Source: Candidatus Poribacteria bacterium
GTDB taxonomy: Bacteria > Poribacteria > WGA-4E > UBA9662
Direction: 5' to 3'
Length of the DNA: 57,618 bases
Assembly (NCBI GenBank): GCA_046582655.1
Contig: JAYGDX010000163.1
Span: 1 to 57,618, forward strand
Part shown: in pieces, positions 40,919 through 51,968 of the stretch
Position numbering within the stretch: the stretch's first letter is position 1
Layout of the letters: each line of letters starts with the position of its first letter
Translations under genes and position numbers: made by a program
Notes under the pieces: generated by a model
What the model was told of the DNA's origin: nothing
The model's input: only the letters and a program-made list of their open reading frames with translations
The model's database searches: none

Positions 40919-41722
40919 ATGCCAAATATTTGGTACGGTGTTGCGGCAGTGGTGGCAATTGTTTTTCTGGCGACAACCATCCGTATAGTTAAGGAGTATC
41001 AACGTGTCGTTGTCTTTCGTCTCGGACGACTGAGCGGTGTTAGAGGGCCGGGACTGGTACTGCTAATTCCGTTTTGGATTGAACGGATAGAGCGTGTCAG
41101 TCTTCGAACCATCGTGGATGATGTCACGCCACAGGACGTGATGACAAAAGACAACGTTTCGGTTCAGGTCAATGCAGTGTTGACGTTTCGTGTGACTGAG
41201 CCGGCTAAGGCTATTATTGAAGTTGAAGAGTTCGGTTTTGCTATTTCTGAAATGGCCCAGACTACCCTGCGAAGCGTTCTGGGGCGGGCAAAACTGGATG
41301 ATCTGCTGTCCGAACGAGAGGGATTGAATCAGGATCTACAGGAAATTATCGCCAAGCACTGCCAAGATTGGGGAATTGCAGTCATCGCTATGGAGATTAA
41401 GCATGTCGATTTGCCACCGGAAATGAAACGGGCTATGGCCAAGGAGGCAGAAGCGGAGCGGGAACGTCGGGCTAAGATAGTACATGCTGCTGGCGAACTG
41501 GAATCGTCGGAAGCCTTGGCTGAAGCAGCAAAGAAACTAAGTTCCGACCCAACGGCTATACAACTTCGTTTCCTTCAGGCAATGATTGAAGTCTCTGCTG
41601 AGAAAAATTCGACATTGGTCTTTCCAGTACCGATTGACCTTTTGAGTGCCTTTACCAGGGACGATAAGCTCAATCAACTTCAAGCGTTTATAGGTCAAAA
41701 AACTGAAACTGAGAAAGTTTGA
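40919..41722 (+). CDS. SPFH/band-7 (stomatin-like) membrane protein
   Basis: EYQRVVVFRLGR, GPGL, QDVMTKDNVSV, AQTTLRSVLG and AEAERERRAKI. Confidence 0.95.
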   Translation: MPNIWYGVAAVVAIVFLATTIRIVKEYQRVVVFRLGRLSGVRGPGLVLLIPFWIERIERVSLRTIVDDVTPQDVMTKDNVSVQVNAVLTFRVTEPAKAIIEVEEFGFAISEMAQTTLRSVLGRAKLDDLLSEREGLNQDLQEIIAKHCQDWGIAVIAMEIKHVDLPPEMKRAMAKEAEAERERRAKIVHAAGELESSEALAEAAKKLSSDPTAIQLRFLQAMIEVSAEKNSTLVFPVPIDLLSAFTRDDKLNQLQAFIGQKTETEKV

Positions 41723-42111
41723 TGGCCTCAATCTTTACTAAGATCATCAATGGCGATATCCTGTGTCACAAAATTCTGGAGGACGATCGATACCTAGCCT
41801 TTCTGGACATCAATCCAATCCGTCCAGGACATACTTTGGCTATTACCAAGCGGGAAATCGACTATATCTTTGATCTTGAGGACAACCTGTTGTCTGGGTT
41901 GATGCTTTTTTCCAAGGAAGTTGGCATCGCCATCAAGAAAGCAACCCGTTGCCAGAGAGTCGGCGTGGTGGTGGCTGGTTATGAAGTGCCACATACGCAT
42001 GTGCACTTGATTCCCACCAACGGCATGAGCGATTTCAGTTTTGCGCTTGCACAGCAGGCCGATCAAGCAGAACTGACTGTGATGGTAACGAAGATTCAGG
42101 AGCACCTCTAA
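41719..42111 (+). CDS. HIT family nucleotide hydrolase
   Basis: SIFTKIING, AFLDINP..GHTL and EVPHTHVHLIP histidine triad. Confidence 0.93.
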   Translation: MMASIFTKIINGDILCHKILEDDRYLAFLDINPIRPGHTLAITKREIDYIFDLEDNLLSGLMLFSKEVGIAIKKATRCQRVGVVVAGYEVPHTHVHLIPTNGMSDFSFALAQQADQAELTVMVTKIQEHL

Positions 42112-42115
42112 AGCA

Positions 42116-43096
42116 ATGAAAACCTTTCAAATTGATCAGCGTCCGCGTCGTAACCGTCAAACTGCCTCCATCCGATCAATGGTTAGAGAAACCCGTCTTC
42201 ACCCGTCAGACTTTATACTGCCACTGTTTTTGGTTGATGGACAAGAAAAACAGGTCCCGATTGAATCGATGCCCGGCTGTTTTCGTTTGAGTCCTGATCT
42301 AGTTGTCAAAGAGTGCCGAGAAGCTCATCAACTGGAGATTCCAGCAGTTGCACTGTTTCCTGCCTTGCCCGACTTACTCAAAGACAAAGCAGCTTCGGAG
42401 TCTACCAATCCGGATGGGCTTTTGCAACAAACTATTCGTCAGATCAAGAACGCGGTGCCGGAGATTACGATTATTACTGACGTGGCGATGGATCCTTATT
42501 CCATTGATGGTCATGATGGATTGGTGCAAGATGGCGAAATTCTGAATGATGCGACGCTGGAGATCTTGGTTGAGATGGCCGTATCACAGGCAGAGGCTGG
42601 AACGGATATTATCGCCCCATCTGATATGATGGATGGTCGAGTTGGTGCTATCCGACAGGGGCTAGATCAACATGGTTATACAAGAGTGGGGATTCTAGCT
42701 TATTCAGCCAAGTATGCCTCGGCCTTCTATGGACCGTTCCGGGACGCCTTGGATTCTGAGCCGCGTTCAGGTGACAAAAAGACCTACCAGATGGATCCGG
42801 CCAACCGGCGTGAAGCGGTTCGTGAAATCTTGCTGGATATCGATCAGGGTGCAGATATGGTGATGGTCAAGCCGGCTGTTATTTATCTAGACGTGATTGC
42901 TGAGATCAAAGCTAGGACCAACCTGCCGGTGGTGGCCTACAATGTTAGTGGAGAGTATGCCATGATTAAATCAGCGGATAGGTTGGGTTGGCTGGACGGA
43001 GAGGCTGCTATGATTGAGATGCTGACCGCTATTAAACGGTCTGGAGCGGATATTATCCTAACCTATTTTGCTAAGGAGATAGCCAAATTGTGCTAA
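42116..43096 (+). CDS. hemB: Porphobilinogen synthase (ALA dehydratase), Cys-free metal-site type
   Basis: RPRRNR, APSDMMDGR, KYASAFYGPFRDA, YQMDP, MVKP and YNVSGEYAM. The metal site reads DVAMDPYSIDGHDG, without the Zn-binding cysteines. Confidence 0.97.
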   Translation: MKTFQIDQRPRRNRQTASIRSMVRETRLHPSDFILPLFLVDGQEKQVPIESMPGCFRLSPDLVVKECREAHQLEIPAVALFPALPDLLKDKAASESTNPDGLLQQTIRQIKNAVPEITIITDVAMDPYSIDGHDGLVQDGEILNDATLEILVEMAVSQAEAGTDIIAPSDMMDGRVGAIRQGLDQHGYTRVGILAYSAKYASAFYGPFRDALDSEPRSGDKKTYQMDPANRREAVREILLDIDQGADMVMVKPAVIYLDVIAEIKARTNLPVVAYNVSGEYAMIKSADRLGWLDGEAAMIEMLTAIKRSGADIILTYFAKEIAKLC

Positions 43097-43221
43097 ATTT
43101 TACTGGTAATGGCCGCTGTTTATGTGCTCATACTGTAGATTTGACTACACTTTTTTGGGATTTCTTTTGTAGCATTTTTTTGATTTTCCATTATTTTGAA
43201 CTATCAATTTAACAAATTTAG

Positions 43222-44820
43222 ATGAAAAAAAATTGCTCGCTCTGGCGGTACGATTTACTGAAGATTTTCAGTGTTGGGTTGTTGTTTATTGGTGGTTCGT
43301 TGCAGCCTGTATACACCGACCAACGTGACTTTATCCTAGTTCGCAATCCGAAAAAGCTGTACGAAGGCCAGCTAAAAGCCAATAGGATATCTGTTGGGAT
43401 ATCTGGAGATGATACGCCGTCTGTTATCTTTTCCCGATCATATTTCCGCGGCGACCAACTGTTTTTGTTTGCCACCCGTGACTATCAATTCAAGAATGGT
43501 AAACTGAGAGAAGAAATAGTTCTTTATACTTCCTTAGATCAAGGAGAAACCTGGTCCGATTGGCAAGTCCTACCTGTTTTGGGGGGTGAACCCCGCCCTT
43601 CAATTACCAAGCGAGGTACGATCTTAATTACCACGCGTTTACTAGCCGAAGATATTCGAAATACGCTAGGGTACACACACAGTTACTTGTATAGATCCAC
43701 CGATAACCTCAAAACAATCGAACAAGTTCAAATCACTGCCGAATTTTTCCCCCAGATTATGGTAGAAGTGCCTCAAACCGCTGAAAGTAGACTAGAAACT
43801 GATCAAGATGGAATTAGCTTGAAAAAAAAGTTGTTATCTGACGAATTAGCTATAGAAAATGTGCAGGACAGACGAAGAAGGAGAATGAAAACCAGTCAGG
43901 ATTTGTTGGAAAATACCGAAGACGCAGGAACGATAAAAGGACGAGAAGAGCTTGGTCTGGTTGATACAGAAAAATTATCAACCACTAACGAATTAGCTAT
44001 AGAAAGTGTGCAAGACAGACGAAGAAGGAGAATAGAAACCAGTCAGGATTTACTGGAATTGATTGGTGAAAGAGAGTCAACTGTAGATATACTTCCTACA
44101 AGGCCTACGCAAGAATGGGTCTTAACCAGCCGGAATGTGCTAGAATTAACCGACGGAAGTTTGATTCTAGGCGTCTCGATGCCGAACGGAATTGATTACC
44201 TGTGGAGATCTACCAATCAGGGTCGGACTTGGGATACCACTACGACATGTCATTTTGAAGGTGTCGATCCGAATCGAATTAATCACCCGTTTTTCGGTGA
44301 AGGGGTATTCTGGCAACCTACCAACCGAGATTTACTGGTGTTGGTTTCTGTAAACTCGGGCTTGTTCCCAATTGGGAATCACCAAATTCTCGCCACAGAT
44401 TTGAATCAAACGAAGAGATTAGTCATCTTTCGATCGGAAGATCTAGGTCGGAATTGGCGGAGGGACACAGAGTTGGGTAGCGATTACGGTGAAATGTATC
44501 CTGGGCTCATCAGGTTGCGTGGTGGTAAGTTATTGATGACATTTACCGTTAGAAATTCCGAACGACCACTTGGTTTGCGGGCGGTTTTTGGAAAAGAGCG
44601 GCCGTTCGGTTTTGATTTTGATTTTCAATACGACCGGTTGATTCTGAATAGAGCACCACCAATAAACCAAGAAATCGGTGGTGGATTTGGCAATACGCTG
44701 CAAATTGAAAATAAAGAGCTGATTACGTCCTACTCTTATCAAGGAACCGATGGAAAAACACACTTAGAAATTGTCAAATGGGCTCTGCCTTCCGTCTGGA
44801 AAAGATCAATTGATTTCTAA
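43222..44820 (+). CDS. Secreted sialidase/BNR (Asp-box) beta-propeller protein with a low-complexity insert
   Basis: Asp-boxes SLDQGETW, STNQGRTW and SEDLGRNW; charged insert at roughly aa 180-290. Confidence 0.75.
   Translation: MKKNCSLWRYDLLKIFSVGLLFIGGSLQPVYTDQRDFILVRNPKKLYEGQLKANRISVGISGDDTPSVIFSRSYFRGDQLFLFATRDYQFKNGKLREEIVLYTSLDQGETWSDWQVLPVLGGEPRPSITKRGTILITTRLLAEDIRNTLGYTHSYLYRSTDNLKTIEQVQITAEFFPQIMVEVPQTAESRLETDQDGISLKKKLLSDELAIENVQDRRRRRMKTSQDLLENTEDAGTIKGREELGLVDTEKLSTTNELAIESVQDRRRRRIETSQDLLELIGERESTVDILPTRPTQEWVLTSRNVLELTDGSLILGVSMPNGIDYLWRSTNQGRTWDTTTTCHFEGVDPNRINHPFFGEGVFWQPTNRDLLVLVSVNSGLFPIGNHQILATDLNQTKRLVIFRSEDLGRNWRRDTELGSDYGEMYPGLIRLRGGKLLMTFTVRNSERPLGLRAVFGKERPFGFDFDFQYDRLILNRAPPINQEIGGGFGNTLQIENKELITSYSYQGTDGKTHLEIVKWALPSVWKRSIDF
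43841..44058 (+). repeat. Intragenic 71-nt direct repeat (two copies, 147-nt period)
   Basis: 43841-43911 and 43988-44058 match at 65/71 nt by eye, encoding ELAIE[NS]VQDRRRRR[MI][KE]TSQDLLE twice. Confidence 0.9.
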
Positions 44821-45048
44821 AATGCAACAGGCTAAGGTTCTGCTTTTCTCCCTTCTAAGTACCTCTTTAATTTATCAATTGGATTATTTATATTGCCTGT
44901 TTTAGTATGTCTTCAAGAGCAATCAATTGATGGTATTCTCGTTGTAATGCTGGTTAACCAAGTTGTGTTTAGGTGTTGATCAAACGCAGTGATTTAGGCT
45001 GTTGTTTGTCTAAAGCAGAAAGTGAATTGTGTTGTACTGATCAAAAAT

Positions 45049-46230
45049 ATGAAAATTACCGATATTGAATGTCACATATTGGTTGCGCCTGATCTTAGAC
45101 AGGATGCAACATCTTCTTCACAAGACAACATTGTGGTTCTTGTGCATACAGATCAAGGAATTACAGGTGTTGGCGAAACTGATGTTGGTCCTTGGATCGC
45201 AAAGGCCGTTATTGAATCACCCAGTAGTCATACAATGGCACTGAGTATTAAAGAATTGTTGGTTGGACAAGACCCATTTGACACCTCAGCCCTTTGGGAA
45301 AAGATGTATATTGGCACTTGCATGAGTACAAGACGAGGGGCAGGAGTCTGTGCAATCGGTGCAATAGATATGGCATTGTGGGATATTAAGGGAAAAGCTC
45401 TTAATTTGCCATGCTACAAGTTGCTTGGTGGTGCCTATACTGATCATATTGTGCCCTATGCTTCTCTCCAGCCTAATGGTGAAACGGTTGAAGACTATAG
45501 TCGAAGTTTAGTCAATTGGTTACTTAAAGCTAAATCGCATGGATTCCGTGCTGCCAAACTGGAGTGTACCTTGGATGGTCCTTACCGGCACACTGGCCTA
45601 CATGGTACGGATGAGGAGATGACAGAAATTATCATTGCCTGCCGAGAAGCAGTTGGATCCGGTTTTACATTGATGGTAGATGTGCAATATCTTTGGCGTG
45701 ACGCAAGTAGTGCTTTGCGAACTGTTCAGCAATGGGAATCACTGGACATCTTTTTCTTGGAAACACCTTTGCGAACGGATAATCTGGAAGGATATGCTGT
45801 GCTTGCCCGTGAGGCACCAATGCGTATTGCCGCTGGCGAATGGTTAACTACCCGATTTGAGTTTGCTGAATTGCTTGATAAGGGACAGGTCGAAGTTGCT
45901 CAGCCGGATGTCGGACGTGTTGGCGGTCTTACCGAAGCCATACGTGTCTGCCATCTAGCAGAGGATAAGGGAAGACTCATCGTTCCACACTGTTGGAACT
46001 CCGGAATTGGCATTGCTGCTTCCGCACACTTAGCTGCAGCTGTTCCTCACTGTCCATTTATTGAATATTTGCCAGCAAATTTAACTGATTCCCCTCTGCG
46101 GATTGAGCTTGCTACTGACGGTTTACAGATGCAAAATGGTCTACTTAGCCTACCTGACAAACCTGGTTTGGGTGTTGAGTTAAACATGGACGCACTGGAA
46201 AAGTACAGAGCTGAGCCGCTGACACTTTAA
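45049..46230 (+). CDS. Mandelate racemase/muconate lactonizing enzyme (enolase superfamily) acid-sugar dehydratase-like
   Basis: MKITDIE, VHTDQGITGVGE, AIDMALWDIKGK, LMVD, FLETP, IAAGE, QPDVGRVGGLTE and PGLGVELN. Confidence 0.9.
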   Translation: MKITDIECHILVAPDLRQDATSSSQDNIVVLVHTDQGITGVGETDVGPWIAKAVIESPSSHTMALSIKELLVGQDPFDTSALWEKMYIGTCMSTRRGAGVCAIGAIDMALWDIKGKALNLPCYKLLGGAYTDHIVPYASLQPNGETVEDYSRSLVNWLLKAKSHGFRAAKLECTLDGPYRHTGLHGTDEEMTEIIIACREAVGSGFTLMVDVQYLWRDASSALRTVQQWESLDIFFLETPLRTDNLEGYAVLAREAPMRIAAGEWLTTRFEFAELLDKGQVEVAQPDVGRVGGLTEAIRVCHLAEDKGRLIVPHCWNSGIGIAASAHLAAAVPHCPFIEYLPANLTDSPLRIELATDGLQMQNGLLSLPDKPGLGVELNMDALEKYRAEPLTL

Positions 46231-46267
46231 GTCCTGTATTCATACAAATACAGTGGGTCAAAATGAT

Positions 46268-46969
46268 ATGCCCAAAGTTTTTTTGCCGGAGATGACTTTT
46301 AGCCGAAGTGGAGGATATTCTCAGCCAAGTAGAATTGGCTATACTGCCAACTGGTAGTAATGAAGGTCATGGACCACATCTACCACTGAAAGTGGATGCC
46401 GCAACGGCAACATACGTTTCCTGTAAGTCTGCTGAATTGCTTTATCCGCAAGTTGGTCGCTGATGGGGTATGGTATCAGGCGTTTTGCTATCGTTAACGG
46501 TCATGGCAACAACATGGCGGTTAATGCTCAAGCAGCAAGACGAATTACCGAAGAGTTAGGTGTATTAGTGGTACCATTCGCCTATTGAGAGGTCATTGAT
46601 CGAGACAAAATCAGCCAGGTTAATCAGGGACGACACTATCTAGGGTACGCCGATGAGTTCGAGACCTCGATGGTACTGCACATCTGTCAAGAACATACGC
46701 GTATGGATCGTGTAAGCGAGATTGAAGATAAATACGGGCTATTGGGACCGGGACCAAAAATTAGATCAGGACATCAGTTCTTAGCCACGGCCACATTCAA
46801 ACAAACTGGATTACGCGCCCGCCTCTTGTGCGACGTAGCAGCGGAAAACTATAAGCTGGCAAGCGCAGAGAAAGGGAAACAGTTCGCTCAACTTGCCATA
46901 GAAGGGACAACAAATTATTTACGCGATTTCATCGCCAATACTGAGGTAGATCTCTCCATAAACCTTTAG
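46268..46969 (+). pseudogene. Creatininase/MftE family amidohydrolase pseudogene
   Basis: Fragments LPTGSNEGHGPHLPLKVD, IVNGHGNN and GYADEFETSMVL lie in shifted frames, with an apparent internal deletion and a TGA near 46586 in ..PFAY*EV (Trp expected). Confidence 0.8.
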
Positions 46970-47019
46970 TTGAAGCGACGATGGTAACTTCGCACGTACT
47001 TGAAGGAAACCGAATTTTC

Positions 47020-48057
47020 CTATTCCCTGTTTATTGTTTCAAATTCGGCAATCTGAATTACAGTGGAACCATCCATAGCTGATTTCTCAGCTGCGAAACA
47101 AGCAAGATGGGTGTTGACTGCGACAGCCAAACTATCGTGAGATTCCGTATTGGTCAGGATACAATCGATTAGATGGTCGATTGTATCTTGAAAGGGATGA
47201 TGTGAGACTGCTCCGCTATCAGGCAAGATGGTTGGGAACGATCCAAAATCCCGTTGTCCGGGAACCTGTTTTGAATAGAATTGGTTGTTACGAATAACGC
47301 CTTCATCTCCAAACACCTCGATATTAAACACATATGGCATGAAGAACGTAGTCGAACCTGATATTTTTCCGATTGTACCGTTGTCGAATTTTACCGATGC
47401 CATCGTTAGCGGTTTAACAATGTGCGAAGGTACTGAATAAGTAGGGGTAACACCACTTACCTGCACAATCTCATCGTTGTCCAGAACATATCGTGCGGCA
47501 TCCATGGCGTGACAACCACCATGGACTATCGCTCCAATATCCGTTGGATTCCAATTTTTTTTATGAAATCTTTTGGGGTTGATATTAGTTGGACCATGCC
47601 AGTAGTCTGCCTGTACGAGCAGTGGTTGACCAACCCAACCTTTGGCAACCACCTCTTTTATTGACAGAATTAGTGGATTCCAGCGTAGGACAAAGCTAAC
47701 GACAGTTTTGACTTTTGCTTGTGATATAGCTTGGTACATTACTCGCAATTCTTCCTTGTTGATTGCAACAGGTTTCTCTATCAGCAGATGTTTGCCTGCT
47801 TTTGCTGCTGTGATACTTTCTTCAGCATGGCGATCAGGAGGCGTACAAATGGAAATGACGTCCACCTCTGGATGCTCCAGTAATTTTAGATAATTATCGA
47901 AGATACTACAGTCCAGGTTGAGTTGCTGTGCTTTTCTTTGTGCACTCTCTAGGGTACGGCTACCTATAGCGACTATGCGGGTATTTGGATTATTTTGGTA
48001 GGCCTTAATATGTTCCGTTGCGACATTACCAGCCCCTTGAATGGCTACGCCAAGCAT
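47020..48057 (-). CDS. Gfo/Idh/MocA family oxidoreductase
   Basis: GVAIQGAGNVA, VDVISICTPPDRH, GKHLLIEKPVA and GCHAMD. Confidence 0.9.
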   Translation of the reverse strand: MLGVAIQGAGNVATEHIKAYQNNPNTRIVAIGSRTLESAQRKAQQLNLDCSIFDNYLKLLEHPEVDVISICTPPDRHAEESITAAKAGKHLLIEKPVAINKEELRVMYQAISQAKVKTVVSFVLRWNPLILSIKEVVAKGWVGQPLLVQADYWHGPTNINPKRFHKKNWNPTDIGAIVHGGCHAMDAARYVLDNDEIVQVSGVTPTYSVPSHIVKPLTMASVKFDNGTIGKISGSTTFFMPYVFNIEVFGDEGVIRNNQFYSKQVPGQRDFGSFPTILPDSGAVSHHPFQDTIDHLIDCILTNTESHDSLAVAVNTHLACFAAEKSAMDGSTVIQIAEFETINRE

Positions 48058-48108
48058 TTTAATACTCCTTATTTTTCCATAAAGGTTTTGTTATTTATTA
48101 ATTATAGT

Positions 48109-50550
48109 TTATTCAGATACCCAATAATGGTACGAAACCCATGCACCAAACAAATAAATTGTGACTGCTAAGAGGATAACGGTATTAAAACCAAAAGTAA
48201 TGGCCAAACAAGTGGCCAGAATTGCACTAACGACCGATGTATATCCGTTGATTCCCCAGGCCCAAGCGATAAAGGAGGGGTGACATCTTCGCAATAGATC
48301 AATACCAAGGGGAAACGGCATACCCATGAAAAAAGCAAGTGGTCCAATTAAACAGATAGAAAAGATAATTTTGATGATATCTGAATTTACCATTAGTCTT
48401 GAAAAAATAAAAGGCAGGAATTGCAAATACAGACATGTGATTAAGGACACTATGCCTATAGCAAAGAGTATCGGATTTCTCTGTTGCAACAAACCACTGT
48501 TTTTGAACTTAGTGGAAAAGAGGCTTCCAAGTCCTGAGAATACGAGAAACCCGCAGAGGACAGTGGCAACGGTATATGTCGGTTGACCCAGCAACAAGAG
48601 AAATTTCTGGATGAACGCCATCTCTATAAACATATATCCTGCACCCAGACATAGAAAATAGAACAGAACTAGATACACAGGGGATCGATGTGTTTGCTTG
48701 CTTGGTGCCTGTAAACGATGACGCCATAGGAATAACGGTAGAAAAATCAGGCCTAACCCGGCTAGAACCGCTTGAATTAGTGTTGCAACCAGAAGAGGAT
48801 ATCCCCATTCAACGAACGATAAGCTGTTTCTGCGGATCGTCCGCATCATATGAAGAAGAGAACTCAAACGTAAAGACTGAAAAAAATATGGGCGATTATC
48901 CGTTGCTGGATAAATATTAAAAGGATACTGCTGAAAAAATTGCTGACGATCACCGAATAGAATTGATTGTGCGGCACGAAAATAATCTGGTTCTGCCAGT
49001 TGGTTGTAAAAATTAGCTTCCGACTCAGGCATGCCCGGATAATATACTGTGTCAAAAGACCGTTGGCGGCAGAAATGCCGAATTGTAGCACGGTCTTCGA
49101 TATCGAATTGACCGTTTCCAATCAAGAGTGTTGCTGTTTGCCAATCACGAACCAGAATTAGTTGGTCAACGGGAACCTGATCTTCGATCTCTTCCAGAGC
49201 TTGAACAGCTGTAGCAAATAATCGAATCATATCACGTGGCGGTGTTTTCAGCCATCGCGTTATTGAGATTACTCCATTAGGTGCGAGATGATGAAACAGA
49301 TCGGAGATAGCTTCCACTGTATAAAGATAATTTTCGCTTAGGGCATGAGTTCCCGTACCAGAAGCGCCAATGGAATCAAGCAGAGAAATTTGAATTAGAT
49401 CATACTTCTTGGTTGACGATTTTATGAAGGTACGGGCTTCTGCGAGATGAACTTGAACCATTGAGTTTGGCGCATAGATCTGCCCGGAAAAATCGTTATA
49501 TTCCTGTTGAACTAAACCCACGACCTGAGGATTCATTTCAACAGCGTCAATGGTGTTAGATTGATGATAGAGGGCATTTAGAACATCCGTACCTCCTCCG
49601 GCACCAACGACTAAAGCATTTGGCTTCTCCACAAGGTGATATGCCAGTGCTGATATAGTATCATCCAAATAAGCAAGCTTGGAGAGATCACCGTCAAATT
49701 CAGTGATTGCCGTCATAGCATCAGCGTCTGTAAACAGGCCGAGTTGCGGTGGAATTGGATGTTGTGAACCCAAGCTTAATCCCGGAACCGCACGGATTGA
49801 TGCACTTTTGACCACCTGCAACAATCCCCGTGGGCTATATCGCATACTTAGAACTTCTGCATCCGGAAAATTTAACGCACTACTTAATCCTTTATATGGA
49901 GAAACTTCTATAGAAACAGGCTTAAACAGGAAATAACCTGAGAAAATCAACGCAAATCCTAAAAGGGGCACCATTGTTTTCCAATTTCCCTTCCTCCTGT
50001 TTCCTAAATTGACGACTAGGACACTACAAAATCCGACTGCGGTAACCAGAGTCAGATTTTGTGCCGGAGGAATTATGTACATCATAAAGATAGTTCCGAG
50101 CGCACTTATGCCTGAACCAAACAGGTCAAAAAAATAGAGACGATCAACTCTTTCGGGAAATTGAAGTAAAACCATGCCAATGCATGTTGCCCCAAAGAAA
50201 AATGGCAAGGATAAAATTAAGTAGATCATCCCCGCAAGTAAAATCTGTGTTGGTTGCCAGATCAGCATCAAGGGATTAAATGGTATATATTGGTTCAGTA
50301 TAAAACATCCTATTACACTAACTGAATAGGTTGACCCACATACTATATACATGGTGTGGAAGTGCCGTTTTAACCATGCCTGAGTAAGTGAAATTATGGT
50401 GCCACTGAACCCGAACCCAAGCATAGCCAAGCTAATAATCATGTGTGCGAAGTGATGCCATTGCGCAATTGAAAACAGTCGTACCAAGACAATCTCATAG
50501 GCAATGATTGAACCAGCGAGTAAGGCAACTGAAAAGAAATATCGGGTCAT
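48109..50550 (-). CDS. Polytopic membrane protein with central spermidine-synthase-like SAM-binding domain
   Basis: TM-rich N- and C-termini; ALVVGAGGGTDV, IDAVEMNP, YDLIQISLLD, ENYLYTVEA and PATDNRPYFF. Confidence 0.8.
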   Translation of the reverse strand: MTRYFFSVALLAGSIIAYEIVLVRLFSIAQWHHFAHMIISLAMLGFGFSGTIISLTQAWLKRHFHTMYIVCGSTYSVSVIGCFILNQYIPFNPLMLIWQPTQILLAGMIYLILSLPFFFGATCIGMVLLQFPERVDRLYFFDLFGSGISALGTIFMMYIIPPAQNLTLVTAVGFCSVLVVNLGNRRKGNWKTMVPLLGFALIFSGYFLFKPVSIEVSPYKGLSSALNFPDAEVLSMRYSPRGLLQVVKSASIRAVPGLSLGSQHPIPPQLGLFTDADAMTAITEFDGDLSKLAYLDDTISALAYHLVEKPNALVVGAGGGTDVLNALYHQSNTIDAVEMNPQVVGLVQQEYNDFSGQIYAPNSMVQVHLAEARTFIKSSTKKYDLIQISLLDSIGASGTGTHALSENYLYTVEAISDLFHHLAPNGVISITRWLKTPPRDMIRLFATAVQALEEIEDQVPVDQLILVRDWQTATLLIGNGQFDIEDRATIRHFCRQRSFDTVYYPGMPESEANFYNQLAEPDYFRAAQSILFGDRQQFFQQYPFNIYPATDNRPYFFQSLRLSSLLHMMRTIRRNSLSFVEWGYPLLVATLIQAVLAGLGLIFLPLFLWRHRLQAPSKQTHRSPVYLVLFYFLCLGAGYMFIEMAFIQKFLLLLGQPTYTVATVLCGFLVFSGLGSLFSTKFKNSGLLQQRNPILFAIGIVSLITCLYLQFLPFIFSRLMVNSDIIKIIFSICLIGPLAFFMGMPFPLGIDLLRRCHPSFIAWAWGINGYTSVVSAILATCLAITFGFNTVILLAVTIYLFGAWVSYHYWVSE

Positions 50551-50665
50551 GGATATATGAATGCAACTACGGGATGAAAGTTGAAGGGGCTTTTGGCGGA
50601 TATCTCACCAAGTTTGGTTTGTCTCTGGAAGGCAGAGATTGGTCTAAAATATATTTCCAACCGTA

Positions 50666-51706
50666 TCAAGCTGGAATCACATCTATCGGCTCACCTTTCT
50701 CGTGAGCAAGTGCGGTGTTAAAAACACGACTAATGCTACCTGGCGGCTGATATCCAATCAGTGATTTTACCTTGCGTGTGTCCGACCAGTAAACCCAGCA
50801 AACCGGCAATTCAATTTCAACAACAGCTGTATCCATATCGGTATGTTCGGCAAAGTAATTGGCTACCTCCTCAAAACTGAAAGGGAGTGATAGAGCTACA
50901 TTAAACACTTCACCTACTGCAGCCGGATGTGTCAAGACACAGAGACACGCATCAGCGACATCGCGTACATCCGCGGGCGAGTAGAGCCAAGGATGTCCTT
51001 CACTATCACGAGGAACACAGAGTTGATCTGGTCTGCCGGCAGATTCAAGACGGCTGATATGTTTTTGCAGATCTGGATGAAATAAGCCACTACCGGGACG
51101 GTTCATGGCAGATCGTAGCAATCCAGTCACAAATCCTACTGACCAACGTGATAGAATTTCATTTCCTGCGAACATACCAGCTGGACGGATCATCGTCGTT
51201 TTTAAACCGTGCGAGATGTGATAACTCCTGACCGTTTCTTCATTGATCATCTTGGTCAAGGCGTATAATCCACTGGGATTCTTCGGATGAAGTTCATCAA
51301 CAGGAGTATAAGCGTTGGCTATTAAGTGGTTTCCCATTGGGTAAACCGCATCTGAACTGATATGAACGAAACGCTTAATGACATCGGAATATTGGGCGGC
51401 GGCATTCAAAAGGTTGAATGTACCATTTACGTTGATGTTAAAGAAAGCGTCTTCAGACATCCCACTGGCCGGTCCGAGGAGATTTGCCGTATGAATAACG
51501 GCTTCGATACCCGCAACAAGTTTTGTACATAATTCCTGATCACGCAGATCTCCAACTATGATCTCGATATCGAGATTATCGAGTTTGAACCGTTTCGGAT
51601 CATTCGGAATGACAAGTGCCCTGACATCGTAATTTTCTGCTAATAGTCTGTGAATGACATTGGTACCAAGTCGACCGGTGGCACCTGTCACTAGAACCTT
51701 ACTCAT
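50666..51706 (-). CDS. NAD-dependent epimerase/dehydratase family protein
   Basis: VLVTGATGRLG, NVNGTFNLL, FVHISS, YALTK and DVRDVA. Confidence 0.9.
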   Translation of the reverse strand: MSKVLVTGATGRLGTNVIHRLLAENYDVRALVIPNDPKRFKLDNLDIEIIVGDLRDQELCTKLVAGIEAVIHTANLLGPASGMSEDAFFNINVNGTFNLLNAAAQYSDVIKRFVHISSDAVYPMGNHLIANAYTPVDELHPKNPSGLYALTKMINEETVRSYHISHGLKTTMIRPAGMFAGNEILSRWSVGFVTGLLRSAMNRPGSGLFHPDLQKHISRLESAGRPDQLCVPRDSEGHPWLYSPADVRDVADACLCVLTHPAAVGEVFNVALSLPFSFEEVANYFAEHTDMDTAVVEIELPVCWVYWSDTRKVKSLIGYQPPGSISRVFNTALAHEKGEPIDVIPA

Positions 51707-51968
51707 TGCACTGTCCCTTTTTTGGAGCTAACCATACACTTATATGAGGTGTTTAGTATTCATTGTATCTGCTTGATTAGAGTGTATTTGTTGATTGCGG
51801 AGAGTTCAAAATTCCCTATTGACATCATTATAGCAAACCTTATGATCAATAATCGACTAAGACTGATTTAAACTGGCGTATTGAATGGGCAGCTTGCGTC
51901 TATTTGGACTTTCTCGTATGATATAATACCAGTTTATAAATTGTAGTTGTCTGAATTTTGTCAGCCAG

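Noticed and set aside
43841..44058. Direct repeats as a CRISPR array
   Set aside because: Only two 71-nt copies, in frame within a CDS, with no cas genes; no CRISPR array was seen anywhere in the window.
46580..46595. TGA in the creatininase-like gene as Sec or as UGA=Trp recoding
   Set aside because: It sits at a probable Trp position in a gene with frameshifts and a deletion; other genes use TGG for Trp.
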